From a virus (lineage: Duplodnaviria; Caudoviricetes), in IMG/VR virus record IMGVR_UViG_3300023267_000002, positions 1-50,828 of that record: a DNA stretch of 50,828 nt; one strand, 5' to 3'. Numbering within the stretch: the first letter of the stretch is position 1; each line of letters opens with the position of its first letter. The notes below the pieces were generated by a model. That model was not told the origin of the DNA. It saw only the letters and a list, made by a program, of their open reading frames with translations, and ran no database searches. Of this stretch, positions 14,996-24,377 are shown one piece after another. A program made the position numbers and the translations under genes.

Positions 14996-15007
14996 GTGTT
15001 TGTCCTG
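14996..15007 (-). promoter_or_regulatory. CAGGACAAACAC motif (perfect, intergenic)
   Basis: Lies between the primase-helicase stop and the methyltransferase RBS. Confidence 0.6.
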
Positions 15008-15011
15008 GGGC

Positions 15012-18000
15012 TCAGGCGTCGCCGCCGCGCGACTGCCATCCGCGGTTTTCCCAGCTGTCCGTTCCCTCGCGCTCGCGCCAGGGGCGGTCGCCGCGCTTCG
15101 CAGGGAAGCGCTCGAAGTCCAGATGCTCGGGGACCTTGCTCATGTCGATCTTGATGGCGCGGATGTGACCGTTCTCCATCGCCATGCGCGCGTCGACTTC
15201 TTCGATGTACGAGCTGCCGCGCGCTAGCTTCTCGAAGGCGATGCGCCGCAGAGCCTTCGGCCCGTTGGTGTCGTCCTCGCGCCCAGTCTTGCGCCGCTCC
15301 TGGAGGTAGGTGTCGTGGCAGCTTCCGACGTGGAGGCCGAGCTTGCCGTTCTCCAGCACGTAGTGCTTGCCCTCCTCGAGAACGCCCAGGTGCGCGTACG
15401 TGGAGAGCGATTCGAGCCAGCAATCGAAGCTGTCCTTCACCTGCGCGCCCTCGCCTTCGAGGATGCTCTTCGTCATGGCCTCGAAGGCGCCGAGCATGTC
15501 GACGTCGGGCACGGACACGCCCAGGTCGCTCGCCCACAGCTCGAAGGCCTGCACGCCGAAGACCATGGTCAGCAGGTTGTCGAAGACGCGCGGGGGCAGG
15601 CGCCCGCCGGGCATCGCCTGGCTCAGCAGGTTCTCGGTGATCGCGCGCGCCGTGCCGAGGTCCTTTTCCACGTCGCGATCCAGCGACCAGCGGATGAAGG
15701 GGCCAGCGAGGCGAGGCAGAGACATGTGCGAGAGCTTGCGGAAGCACACGCGCGCGTCCTCGCTCACGTCGATGTAGTTCTTGTCCGGCGAGACGGAGAT
15801 GGTGCGCTCGGTGATCGCCGGGTCGCCCTCGAAGGGGCTCTCGCCGGCGATGACGATGGGCGCTTGCAGGTGGTAGCTCGCCAGCGTCTGATCCATGCGG
15901 CCTCGCTCCTCGATCTCGCCGCCGTAGACGCGGCGGAGGAGGCGCATCAGCCGGTCGACTCGGATCTTCCCCATGTCCCTCGGCTTGAACTCGTCGAGGA
16001 AGACGGGGATCGAATTGGTGACGGACAGCAGTTTCATCAGCGCGAACTCGGTCTCCGTGCACGAGTACGGCTCGGTGCGCTCGCGGGCGATGCCGAACAG
16101 CGGCCAGAACACCTCGCGCACGATCGACGACTTGCCCGAGCCCTGCGTGCCCCAGATGAGCAGGATCGGGAAGTGGCCCAGGGCGCGGGCGATGCGCGGC
16201 TTGAACGGCGTCGCGTAGAACCACCCGAGCACCGGCAGCAGCACGCTCGGATGGTTCACGCTCAGCAGCGCAGGGATCACCTCCGCGGCCAGCTCCCGCA
16301 CGTCAGCCAGCTCGCCGCAGCTGTACGCGAGGCGTCCGCCGAGCGACGCGCCGTTGTTCTGGTACACGACATCCGGCGCTTCCATGTCGCCCTCCGGCGA
16401 GATGGCGTGATTCGGCCAGATCCACCGCGGCCCGTTGTCGCTGTCGTGGTAGCCCAGATTGCTCGTGCCGCGGCGCTCGGGCACCTCGCAGTCGGCGACG
16501 AGCCGGAGCACGCCCTGCACCTGGTCGTCGCTGCCGGACCACTGCATGTCGGGCGAACTGAAGCAGCGGATGAAGTCGCGCCGGCTCGACCATGCGCTCT
16601 TCGGGAAGATGAAGGACGGCATCTTGCGCCCGCGCATGGTGCGCACGTCGCACTCCAGCAGCTCGCCGCCGTCGTCGTGTCGGATGCGCTGCTTCGGCTG
16701 GAGCACGAAGGACGAGATGCGCTCCTCCACGCCGTCGCGCGAGCGCGTGTAGTAGTAGGTCAGCTCCTCGTAGACGCGACCCTTCACACGATCTTCTGAT
16801 TCGGCCTTCTCTTTCCGGACCTCGGCCGCCTTCTGCTCCTCGTCGCTCGCGGTCGGAGCGATCGGCGCGAACTGCGACACCATGCTCTCGATGGTGCGCT
16901 TCGCGACCTGGAAGCGCTTCGCCACCTTCTTGATCGACGACTCCTTCTGGAGCGTGCTCATGCCGGCGATCATCTCGGCGACGGGCTTCAGCCGGTCCTC
17001 CAGGTCCGCCGGGTCGAGCGTCGTCGGGATCTGCTCGACGAGAAACTCCGGGTAGCGCTTCGCCTTGTCGAGCACGACCTTCTGGAGCACCTCGGCGTCG
17101 TTGTCGCGCAGGAACTCGTTCAGGTCGATCTTCGGCACGTCGGATGGCTTGGGCAGCACGGCGATGCGCACGTCGCGGCCCGAGGCGTACAGCGCCGCGG
17201 CCGTCGACAGGGCTCCGCGCTCACCGGGGCGAGAGCCATCCGCGGCAACGTCGGCGTCGTTGCAGATGATCACCTGGTCCACGCGCTCGGTGAGGCGCAC
17301 GAGCTTCGGGATGTCCTCCTTGCGGAAGCGCGTGGTCACCGGCGAGAAGGTCGGGATGCCGGCCTGCCACGCGGCGGCCGCGTCGGTCACGCCCTCGGAG
17401 ATCACCAGGCGCGACACACGCGCGCGCACCGCGTCCTCGCCCCAGAACCACTCATTGCTGATGCACGAGTCGACGTAGGGGTGCTTGTCGTTGTGGACGA
17501 GCAGCTTCTTGTACTTCGCGCGCTCGTAGTCCTCGTCCTCGGTGATGCCGTCGACGCGGCGGCCGATCGCGTAGACGACCTGGCCGCCGGCCCAGTACGG
17601 GAAGATGATCCGCGCGCTGAAGAAGTCGATGATGCTGCCGTCGCGCCGGTCGAGGAAGAGCCCCGTCTTCAGGCAGGCCTCGGGCTTGTAGCCCAGCTCG
17701 TCGACGAAATGATGCGCCAGAGCCGGGCTCCAGGTGGCCCAGCCGATTTGCAGCTTGTCGATCGTGTCGTCGGTCAGGCCCCACTGCTTGCGGATCAGCG
17801 CGCGGATGCGAGTCGGGAGCGCCGCGTGGTAGTAGGCGATGCCCTCGGCGAGCATCTCCAGCACCACGCGACGCTTCAGGTAGCCGCGAGCTTCGGCGTC
17901 GTACGGGTCGCTCGCGTCGCTCATCCAGTAGGGCGTGATGCTGGCGCGACGGGCCAGCACCAGCAGCGCATCGTGGAAGCCGATGTTGTCGCGCTTCTGC

Positions 18001-18236
18001 ACGTAGGTGAAGACGTCGCCGCCCTCGCCCGTGCCCCAGTCGGTCCAGCTCTGCGTGTCCGTGTACGTCCAGAAACTCGGGGAGCGGTCCGGGCGCAGCG
18101 GCGAGCAGCACTTGAAGCCGCGCCCGTGCTTCTCGACGAGCTTCGCATCCTCGCCGACGACGGCGTTGATGTCGCTCGCCGCACGCACCTGCGCGACGAG
18201 CTCAGCGTACTTCTCGGAGATCTCGGAGCTGGCCAT
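15012..18236 (-). CDS. DnaG-type primase fused to a P-loop helicase (DUF927-like)
   Basis: Degenerate CHC2-like N-terminus (CCSPLRPDRSPSF..GEGGDVF); TOPRIM ISEGVTDA and CNDAD; Walker A GTQGSGKS and Walker B FLDE. Confidence 0.9.
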   Translation of the reverse strand: MASSEISEKYAELVAQVRAASDINAVVGEDAKLVEKHGRGFKCCSPLRPDRSPSFWTYTDTQSWTDWGTGEGGDVFTYVQKRDNIGFHDALLVLARRASITPYWMSDASDPYDAEARGYLKRRVVLEMLAEGIAYYHAALPTRIRALIRKQWGLTDDTIDKLQIGWATWSPALAHHFVDELGYKPEACLKTGLFLDRRDGSIIDFFSARIIFPYWAGGQVVYAIGRRVDGITEDEDYERAKYKKLLVHNDKHPYVDSCISNEWFWGEDAVRARVSRLVISEGVTDAAAAWQAGIPTFSPVTTRFRKEDIPKLVRLTERVDQVIICNDADVAADGSRPGERGALSTAAALYASGRDVRIAVLPKPSDVPKIDLNEFLRDNDAEVLQKVVLDKAKRYPEFLVEQIPTTLDPADLEDRLKPVAEMIAGMSTLQKESSIKKVAKRFQVAKRTIESMVSQFAPIAPTASDEEQKAAEVRKEKAESEDRVKGRVYEELTYYYTRSRDGVEERISSFVLQPKQRIRHDDGGELLECDVRTMRGRKMPSFIFPKSAWSSRRDFIRCFSSPDMQWSGSDDQVQGVLRLVADCEVPERRGTSNLGYHDSDNGPRWIWPNHAISPEGDMEAPDVVYQNNGASLGGRLAYSCGELADVRELAAEVIPALLSVNHPSVLLPVLGWFYATPFKPRIARALGHFPILLIWGTQGSGKSSIVREVFWPLFGIARERTEPYSCTETEFALMKLLSVTNSIPVFLDEFKPRDMGKIRVDRLMRLLRRVYGGEIEERGRMDQTLASYHLQAPIVIAGESPFEGDPAITERTISVSPDKNYIDVSEDARVCFRKLSHMSLPRLAGPFIRWSLDRDVEKDLGTARAITENLLSQAMPGGRLPPRVFDNLLTMVFGVQAFELWASDLGVSVPDVDMLGAFEAMTKSILEGEGAQVKDSFDCWLESLSTYAHLGVLEEGKHYVLENGKLGLHVGSCHDTYLQERRKTGREDDTNGPKALRRIAFEKLARGSSYIEEVDARMAMENGHIRAIKIDMSKVPEHLDFERFPAKRGDRPWREREGTDSWENRGWQSRGGDA

Positions 18237-18248
18237 GGTCCCCCTTGC

Positions 18249-18470
18249 TTACTCTGCGTCGCTGCCGAAGGCGGTGTCGATCGGAAGCCTGGACGACAGC
18301 GATGCATCGTCGAGGCGTGACCTCGCATCGCGCACGCTGTCCGCGAGCGCGTTCATGCCGATGCCGTCTAGCTCATCGGCTGCATCGAGGAGGACATCGC
18401 CGAGCAGGGGAGAAGAGACAGATGTGCCCATGGTCGTCTCCAGTGACAGCAAAGCCTCGAAGAGCGGCAC
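18249..18470 (-). CDS. small hypothetical protein
   Basis: Fills the gap between the helicase and primase genes; start uncertain. Confidence 0.4.
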   Translation of the reverse strand: MPLFEALLSLETTMGTSVSSPLLGDVLLDAADELDGIGMNALADSVRDARSRLDDASLSSRLPIDTAFGSDAE

Positions 18471-18504
18471 CCGGCGGGGCGTCTCTTCGAGGCTGGTTGT
18501 TGGA

Positions 18505-19929
18505 CTACAGCAAACCTAGATCGCGATAGACCGTCCGGCGCTCCGATGCACGGTTGTCCAGCGTGTCGACGGACGAATCGATCACGTCGTAGAGGATAGG
18601 CTTCTTGTCTCCATCGATCCGCATCAAACGGCCAACTCTTTGGATGGTCTTTGCGCGCGCTCTTTCGGGCAATGCCAGGAGAACGCGCGAAAGTGGCTTG
18701 ACGTCCAGGCCCTCGTCCGCGAGCGATGTGGCGATCACGCACTTGACGGCGCCGTCGCGCATGCCCTGGATGATTTTCTGCCGGGTCTCCTTGGCTGCCT
18801 TGCCCGACGTCGACACCAGCACGTGCGCCTCGACGCCGGCATCCCAGATCATGCGCGAGAGCGCGCGGCAGTGCGCCTTGTTGTTCGAGAGCACCAGAAA
18901 CGTCTCGCCGGCCTTCACCTCCCGCACCACGATGTCGCGGATGATGGCGTTGCGCTCCGTGCTGCTGACCAGCTTGCGCGTCATGGCGGTGATGCGCTTC
19001 GACTCCCAGTTGCGCGGCGCGCGCTCCGGCTTGGGCTTGTACGGAAAGGTCCACCCGCTCTCGATGAATTCCACCGTGGGCTTCACCAGGAAGCCGGCCT
19101 CGAACAGCTCCTTCGCCTCGACTTCGAGCAGCCGATCACCGAATGACCAGTCCATCAGCCGCTCGCATCCATCCTCGCGCTCAGGCGTCGCCGTGAGCCC
19201 GAGCCGGTACTTCGCCGGCACGACCACGAGCGCTCGCTGGAAGGTCTCACAGGGCGCGTGGTGGGCCTCGTCGACGATGAAGACGCCGAAGCGCCTGCAC
19301 CACTGCCGGCCCCACGGCGTCTCCAGCAGGCGCACCAGCGTCAACGCCATGCCGACCACTACGGGCCGGTCCAGGCCGTCGCCCTCGCCGTTCTTCACGG
19401 TGCCGGGCTCGACGCCCAGCATCGCGCGCGCCGCACCGACCCACTGGTCGAGCAGGTCTTCGGTGTGCACGCTCACGAGCGCCGCGCGGCTCAGGTGCCC
19501 GATGGCCGCGATGCCGATGCTGGTCTTCCCGCCGCCGCAGGGGATGACGATGGTCCCTTGGGTCGAGCTGGCCAAGGCATCGACGCCTCCGCGCTGGTAG
19601 TACCGTGCACGCTCCAGCGCGTCGTTGCGAGGGAAGACGACGGCATCGCCCGCGCTCCGCTCGTCGACGTAGCGCGGCTTTGCGTCGTCCTCGGCGAGCT
19701 GCTTCCGGATCGCGCGCAAGCAGCCTCGAGGCACGCGCGCGCCACCGTCGGGCAGCTCCACCAGCGCCTCGATCGACTCCTGCATCCCGTTCGTCTCGAC
19801 GCCGCGCCGCTTCGCCTGCACAAAGTCCGGATTCGGGAACGACAGTGCGCGCCGCAGCCGCTCCAGCGACTTCGCGCGCAGCTCGGGGATGTGGATGTCG
19901 CCGGCGACGTGGCAAGCGACCTCGATCAC
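18505..19929 (-). CDS. SF2 DEAH-box helicase (XPB/UvsW-like)
   Basis: ARYYQ, PCGGGKT, IVDEAHH, GLTATPER, DEGLDV and QRVGRLMR. Confidence 0.92.
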   Translation of the reverse strand: MIEVACHVAGDIHIPELRAKSLERLRRALSFPNPDFVQAKRRGVETNGMQESIEALVELPDGGARVPRGCLRAIRKQLAEDDAKPRYVDERSAGDAVVFPRNDALERARYYQRGGVDALASSTQGTIVIPCGGGKTSIGIAAIGHLSRAALVSVHTEDLLDQWVGAARAMLGVEPGTVKNGEGDGLDRPVVVGMALTLVRLLETPWGRQWCRRFGVFIVDEAHHAPCETFQRALVVVPAKYRLGLTATPEREDGCERLMDWSFGDRLLEVEAKELFEAGFLVKPTVEFIESGWTFPYKPKPERAPRNWESKRITAMTRKLVSSTERNAIIRDIVVREVKAGETFLVLSNNKAHCRALSRMIWDAGVEAHVLVSTSGKAAKETRQKIIQGMRDGAVKCVIATSLADEGLDVKPLSRVLLALPERARAKTIQRVGRLMRIDGDKKPILYDVIDSSVDTLDNRASERRTVYRDLGLL

Positions 19930-20375
19930 GTCCCCGCTCCCAGATCGTTGAGCCGGCGCGCGAGGCTCTTGGCGTCGACGTGGACGTCGCCGGCGAGCTG
20001 GTGCGTGCTGGCGTCGACGGCGCTCTGGATGGTCGCCTCCGGCAGGCCGAAGCGCTCCACCAGGGCGCCCACCAGCACGGTGCGGACGTCGCTCAGGTCG
20101 CGCAGATGCCGGCCGATGACGTCGCTGTGCAGCCGCTCGCCAATCCAGCGCGCCAGCGCCTCGGGCTGGATCCCCGTCGCCGGCCCGGAGGGGAGTGTTT
20201 GTGCTGGCGGCGGCACCGGGCGTGTTTGTCCTGGCCGCGGCCCGATGCCGGGCACAGTCTCCGGCGCCGGCGGCGCCTCGGTGGTGGCCAGCGGCGAGAC
20301 GATGGCGCCCACGTAGCGGGTCTCCGGCTCGTCGTCGGCGTAGCCGGCCTCGTGTGGCTCGTCAGGACGCTTCAT
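19926..20375 (-). CDS. hypothetical protein with Pro-rich linker
   Basis: MKRPDEPHE start, coupled; contains two motif copies (20195 and 20222). Confidence 0.6.
   Translation of the reverse strand: MKRPDEPHEAGYADDEPETRYVGAIVSPLATTEAPPAPETVPGIGPRPGQTRPVPPPAQTLPSGPATGIQPEALARWIGERLHSDVIGRHLRDLSDVRTVLVGALVERFGLPEATIQSAVDASTHQLAGDVHVDAKSLARRLNDLGAGT
20222..20233 (-). promoter_or_regulatory. CAGGACAAACAC motif (perfect) paired with a 1-mismatch copy at 20195-20206
   Basis: GTGTTTGTCCTG and GTGTTTGTGCTG starting 27 bp apart. Confidence 0.6.
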
Positions 20376-20722
20376 CGGCGGCCCCAGTCGGTCAGGTGCC
20401 GGTACTCGACGGGCTGCCCCAGCTTCTCGGCGCGCGCGATGCCGCTGCGCATGCCGGGCGAGATGCCGAGGTCGCGGTAGACAGCGACGAGATCCGCGCG
20501 GTCGCCCCAGGCGAAGCCCGCATGCATGCCCAGCTCGCGGTCCTTCGGGTCGTTGTCGTTGAGCGTGCCGGGATAGAGCAGGTGCGACGCGTAGGGAGCC
20601 TCGCCTCGCCTGAAGCTGTCCGCCATCGCGGCGCGCGCGTAGCGGAGGTTGGTTTCGATGTCGCCGGCCAGTGGGCTCTCGATGATCACCAGCGGCATGC
20701 GCTTGCGGCGCGACTCCTTCAT
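20372..20722 (-). CDS. conserved phage protein, nucleoside deoxyribosyltransferase-like fold
   Basis: VIIESPLAGD..N..YAR...GEAPYASHLLY...R..G...D.GISPGM. Confidence 0.75.
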   Translation of the reverse strand: MKESRRKRMPLVIIESPLAGDIETNLRYARAAMADSFRRGEAPYASHLLYPGTLNDNDPKDRELGMHAGFAWGDRADLVAVYRDLGISPGMRSGIARAEKLGQPVEYRHLTDWGRR

Positions 20723-21033
20723 GGCTTCTTCTCCTTGCTCTGCTGCTTCGATGGGTTCTCCAGCCGCTCGACCTGGCCTTCGAGTGCATGCGCGTACCGG
20801 CGCAGCGCGTCGATCATCGGCTCGCCGGTGCCGGGGAAGATGATCACGGCGCGCATCGCCACGCGGTCGAACTCGGCCCGCAGCGCGGTGAGCTCCACCT
20901 CTAGCTCGACGATGCGCGCCTCGGCCTGCTCCAGTTTCTGCTGGAGCGCATCGGCCTCGGCCTCTGCCTTCAGAGGATCATCAGGCCGTACGGCTCCACG
21001 TTCCCCCAGTCGATCCGCATCACCTTCGGCCAC
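20719..21033 (-). CDS. coiled-coil hypothetical protein
   Basis: GTG start with AAGGAGG RBS; heptad repeats. Confidence 0.5.
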   Translation of the reverse strand: MAEGDADRLGERGAVRPDDPLKAEAEADALQQKLEQAEARIVELEVELTALRAEFDRVAMRAVIIFPGTGEPMIDALRRYAHALEGQVERLENPSKQQSKEKKP

Positions 21034-21353
21034 GTGCCCTCCTTGAACGCGATCAAGCGCGGCACCACGAGCCGCTCCGGAAACCCGAACACCACGTAGC
21101 GCAGCCGCAGGATGTCGCCATCGCGCTCCGCTTCGCCACCGAACGCCTTCGCATCCGTGATCGCTTTCGCGAAGGCGGCCTCGATGGCGTCGGGCAGGTC
21201 GCCGTAGTCGATGATGTTGCTCTCGTCGTACAGCGCGAGCGCGACGACGCGGCAAGCATCGTCGATGGTCGAGAGCGGGTTGCCTGCGACGCGCAGGCCC
21301 TTGGGGAGCAAGAGCAGCAGCTCGCCGCGGTTCACGTCGAGCTGGTCCGTCAT
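20970..21353 (-). CDS. hypothetical protein
   Basis: MTDQLDVNRG start at an ATGA overlap. Confidence 0.6.
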   Translation of the reverse strand: MTDQLDVNRGELLLLLPKGLRVAGNPLSTIDDACRVVALALYDESNIIDYGDLPDAIEAAFAKAITDAKAFGGEAERDGDILRLRYVVFGFPERLVVPRLIAFKEGTWPKVMRIDWGNVEPYGLMIL

Positions 21354-22039
21354 CGCGCCGAAGGCTCGCCCGGAAGTCGACGATCGTGGCTCGCCCAGTC
21401 GAGCATGCGCTCGTGCACCATCATCGCCGCGTTGCCGTACAGCCGCATCAGGCACCCGTAGACGTGGATCTCGTCGCGCACGTCGCCCATCGCGGTGTGC
21501 GACTGCTCGCCCATCAGGCCGAAGAGCTTGCGCGTGTACTTCAGCGACAGGCCGGGGATGTGCCCCGCCACCTTGAGCGGGAGCGCGAGCGAGGCGATGT
21601 CGATGCGGTGGTAGTCCATCTCCGGCCACGGAACGATGTCCGGCACGATGCGATCCGCGCCCATGCGGCCCGCGTTCTCCCACGCCTTGCGCAAGAAGCG
21701 GTCGACGTCGAAGTGAGGGTTCTGCCCGGTCGGGACCGTGCCGCCGAGAAGCGGGAGCGTGCGTGCGAGCGCCTGGCGGATGCCCATCGCGCCGCGGTCC
21801 GCCCAGATCTCCTCGCTGTAGCCGTTGATGCGCCTCACCTCGTCGGAGACGGGGCGCTTCGGCCACACGTAGACGTGCACGCTCTCCTCGATGCGCATCG
21901 TCTCGGGGTGCACGCGCGCGACGGCGATCTCCGTGATGTGATCGGGCTCGCGCCCGCCGTCGCTGCCGTTGCCTTCCGCGTTCAGGCCGGTCGTTTCTAC
22001 GTCGACGAAGCCGAGCGTCATCTTCGGATCGAATGCCAT
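21350..22039 (-). CDS. DEDDh 3'-5' exonuclease (DnaQ/RNase T-like)
   Basis: FVDVETTGL, GQNPHFD and SHTAMGDV. Confidence 0.88.
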   Translation of the reverse strand: MAFDPKMTLGFVDVETTGLNAEGNGSDGGREPDHITEIAVARVHPETMRIEESVHVYVWPKRPVSDEVRRINGYSEEIWADRGAMGIRQALARTLPLLGGTVPTGQNPHFDVDRFLRKAWENAGRMGADRIVPDIVPWPEMDYHRIDIASLALPLKVAGHIPGLSLKYTRKLFGLMGEQSHTAMGDVRDEIHVYGCLMRLYGNAAMMVHERMLDWASHDRRLPGEPSAR

Positions 22040-22056
22040 GGGTGCCTCCTTGCAGG

Positions 22057-24360
22057 TCAGAACAGCGTCGGGTCGAACGGGTCAGCGTAAGCCGGTTCCG
22101 GTAGCTCAGCCTGCGGCGCGGGCTCGCGCTTCAGCGGGGGCAGGAACTTGGCGATGTTGGCCAGGTCGCGCGAGCGGCTCACCGGCGGCAGCGAGGCGAG
22201 GAACTTCCGACCGTAGCTCTTCTCGATGATGCGCGGGTCGAGCAGCACGACTACGCAGCAGTCCGACTCGCTGCGCACGCCGCGCCCGAAGCCTTGCTTC
22301 AGCTGGATGATGGCGCGCGGGATCGAGTAGTTGAAGAACCAGTTGTCGTCGGCCGCCGAGATGGCGTCGACGATGGGATCCTCGGGCGTGACGAAGGGGA
22401 TCTTGTCGATGACCAGCAGCGACAGCGCCTCGCCGGGCACGTCGACGCCCGCCCACAGGCTCTCCGTGCCCATGAGCACCGAGCTGATGTCCTCGCGGAA
22501 CGTCTCCACCAGCTTCGTGCGCGGCGCATCGCCTTGCTTCATCAGCCGATGCCCCTTGCGCGTCTTCGCCGGCGTGCCGACCCGCATCAGGTCGTAGGAG
22601 GCGTTGAGCACCTTGTAGCTGGTGAAGAGCGCGAGCGCGCGCCCGTCGCTCAGGTCGATGGCTTCGGCCACCCGGCCCGGCACCGCCGCAGCGAAGGCAT
22701 CGCGCTCCTTCGACGGGTCCGGCATGCCCGTCGGGATGATGAACAGGCACTGCTGCTTCCAGTTGAAGGGGCTCTCCGACTGGATCTCGCCGTAGCCGAA
22801 CGGCACGCCCAGCTCGCCGGCGACAAACTGGAAGTTGCCGCCCGTGCTCAGCGTCGCCGACACGCAGATCACCGAGCGGTGATCACGCAGCCGGGCCTCG
22901 CGCCTCGCGTCGGCGTCCGGATCGTCGTCCTCGTACTCGCTCTCGAAGTTGGAGTTTGCCCGGCGCGCGGGCACCTCCTCGCCGCGGGGCACGCCATCGA
23001 AAAGGTGCTCGCGCAGCATCTCGGCGACGTGGATAGGCTTGCACGCAACGGCCATGCGGCGCTCGCCGCTGCGCCCCGTCGAGTCCTCGTCGATGAAGTA
23101 GACGAAGCGGTCCTTGTCTTCGAGCTGCATCGCAGAGTCGAGGTTCGAGCGCATGAGCGCCGCCCGCCGCGCGCTTTTCTGGAGGTCCGCCGCGTTGTCG
23201 CGCGAGGCCTGCTGTGCATGCAGAGCGAAGTCTTGCGAGGCCAGGTCGAGTGTTTGTTCCAGCCGCGGCCAGACGCGCTTCATGTCGACGAAGGTCGTCG
23301 CGATGAGCGGCTCTTTCAGGCGCGTGCGGTACTTCGACCGGCGCTTGTAGTCGTCGAGCGCATCGAAGAAGTCGCTCGCGTTGGAGCGAAGCCGATCCGA
23401 CAGGGAGCGCGAGCGGTCGTCGGGGATCTTCTCCAGCTCGCCGGCGAGCTTCTTCAGGCTGCCGTGCGAGATCTTGAAGCCGAAGAATTCGCGGGCGATG
23501 TCCGCCGCCTTGTGCGCCTCGTCGAGGATGGCCACGTCGTAGCCCGGCAGGATCAGGTTCTTGCCCGTGTTCGCGCGCACGACCATCGCGGCGAAAAACA
23601 TATGGTAGTTCGTCACGACCACCATCGACTCGCGGGCGATGTCCTTGGCGCGGTAGGCCCAGCACCCATCGAAGCTCTTGCACTTGCGGCCCTTGCACTC
23701 GTCGCTGCTGCGACTGAACTGCCGCCACACCTGCGGCGCGGGCACGAAGTCCAGCTCGGAAACATCGCCGGTCTGCGTCTCCTTCGCCCACGCGCGCACC
23801 GCAGCCAGCTCCTCCTCGTCGGATGCGTCGCCGCGGTTCCACGAGCGCGTGGCGTTCTTGATCTCGACATCCCACGCTCGATCGTTGCAGAGGTAGTTGT
23901 TGCGGCCCTTCAGTGAAGCGAAGGAGAACTTCCACGGAAGGATCTCGCTCAGCATCGGCAAGTCCTTCATCAGGAGCTGCTCCTGGAGCGCGATGTTCGC
24001 GGTGACGATCACCACGCCGCGCCCCTGGATCGCCGCGTGGTACGTCGCCGGCACGCCGTAGCCGACCGACTTGCCCACGCCGGTCGGGCCCTCGCCGAGC
24101 AGGTGCCCTTCCTTGCGGATCGCAGCGTCGATGCTGCGCGCGAGCGCCACCTGCCCCGGCCGGGGCTGGTAGGACGGGAAGCGCTGCGCCAGGTAGCCGC
24201 CTTCGCCGAAGGTCGCGTCGATGTACGCGTCGAGCCCAGGCACGCCCGGAGGCAGCGCGGGCTCGCCGTCGTCGTCGTCGTCGAAGAAGTCAGCCACGAA
24301 CGACGAGCCCTCGGGCCCCGCGAGGTCATCGTCGTCAGCGAAGGGATCCTGGTACGTCAT
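22057..24360 (-). CDS. dinG: DinG/YoaA-family Fe-S helicase
   Basis: RPGQ, EGPTGVGKS, LKGRNNYLC..C..C..C, ILDEAH, SATL, LFTSY, GVDVPG and QGFGR..R. Confidence 0.93.
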   Translation of the reverse strand: MTYQDPFADDDDLAGPEGSSFVADFFDDDDDGEPALPPGVPGLDAYIDATFGEGGYLAQRFPSYQPRPGQVALARSIDAAIRKEGHLLGEGPTGVGKSVGYGVPATYHAAIQGRGVVIVTANIALQEQLLMKDLPMLSEILPWKFSFASLKGRNNYLCNDRAWDVEIKNATRSWNRGDASDEEELAAVRAWAKETQTGDVSELDFVPAPQVWRQFSRSSDECKGRKCKSFDGCWAYRAKDIARESMVVVTNYHMFFAAMVVRANTGKNLILPGYDVAILDEAHKAADIAREFFGFKISHGSLKKLAGELEKIPDDRSRSLSDRLRSNASDFFDALDDYKRRSKYRTRLKEPLIATTFVDMKRVWPRLEQTLDLASQDFALHAQQASRDNAADLQKSARRAALMRSNLDSAMQLEDKDRFVYFIDEDSTGRSGERRMAVACKPIHVAEMLREHLFDGVPRGEEVPARRANSNFESEYEDDDPDADARREARLRDHRSVICVSATLSTGGNFQFVAGELGVPFGYGEIQSESPFNWKQQCLFIIPTGMPDPSKERDAFAAAVPGRVAEAIDLSDGRALALFTSYKVLNASYDLMRVGTPAKTRKGHRLMKQGDAPRTKLVETFREDISSVLMGTESLWAGVDVPGEALSLLVIDKIPFVTPEDPIVDAISAADDNWFFNYSIPRAIIQLKQGFGRGVRSESDCCVVVLLDPRIIEKSYGRKFLASLPPVSRSRDLANIAKFLPPLKREPAPQAELPEPAYADPFDPTLF

Positions 24361-24377
24361 GGGGCCTCGGGTGCTGG

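Noticed and set aside
5770-22055. Repeated TGCAAGGAG upstream of the genes starting at 5769, 14978 and 22039
   Set aside because: Adequately explained as Shine-Dalgarno sequences.
12154-24360. Cas4-like nuclease plus DinG as a type IV CRISPR-Cas system
   Set aside because: No repeat-spacer array and no Cas7/Cas5/Cas6-like genes were seen; both genes sit in an ordinary phage replication operon.
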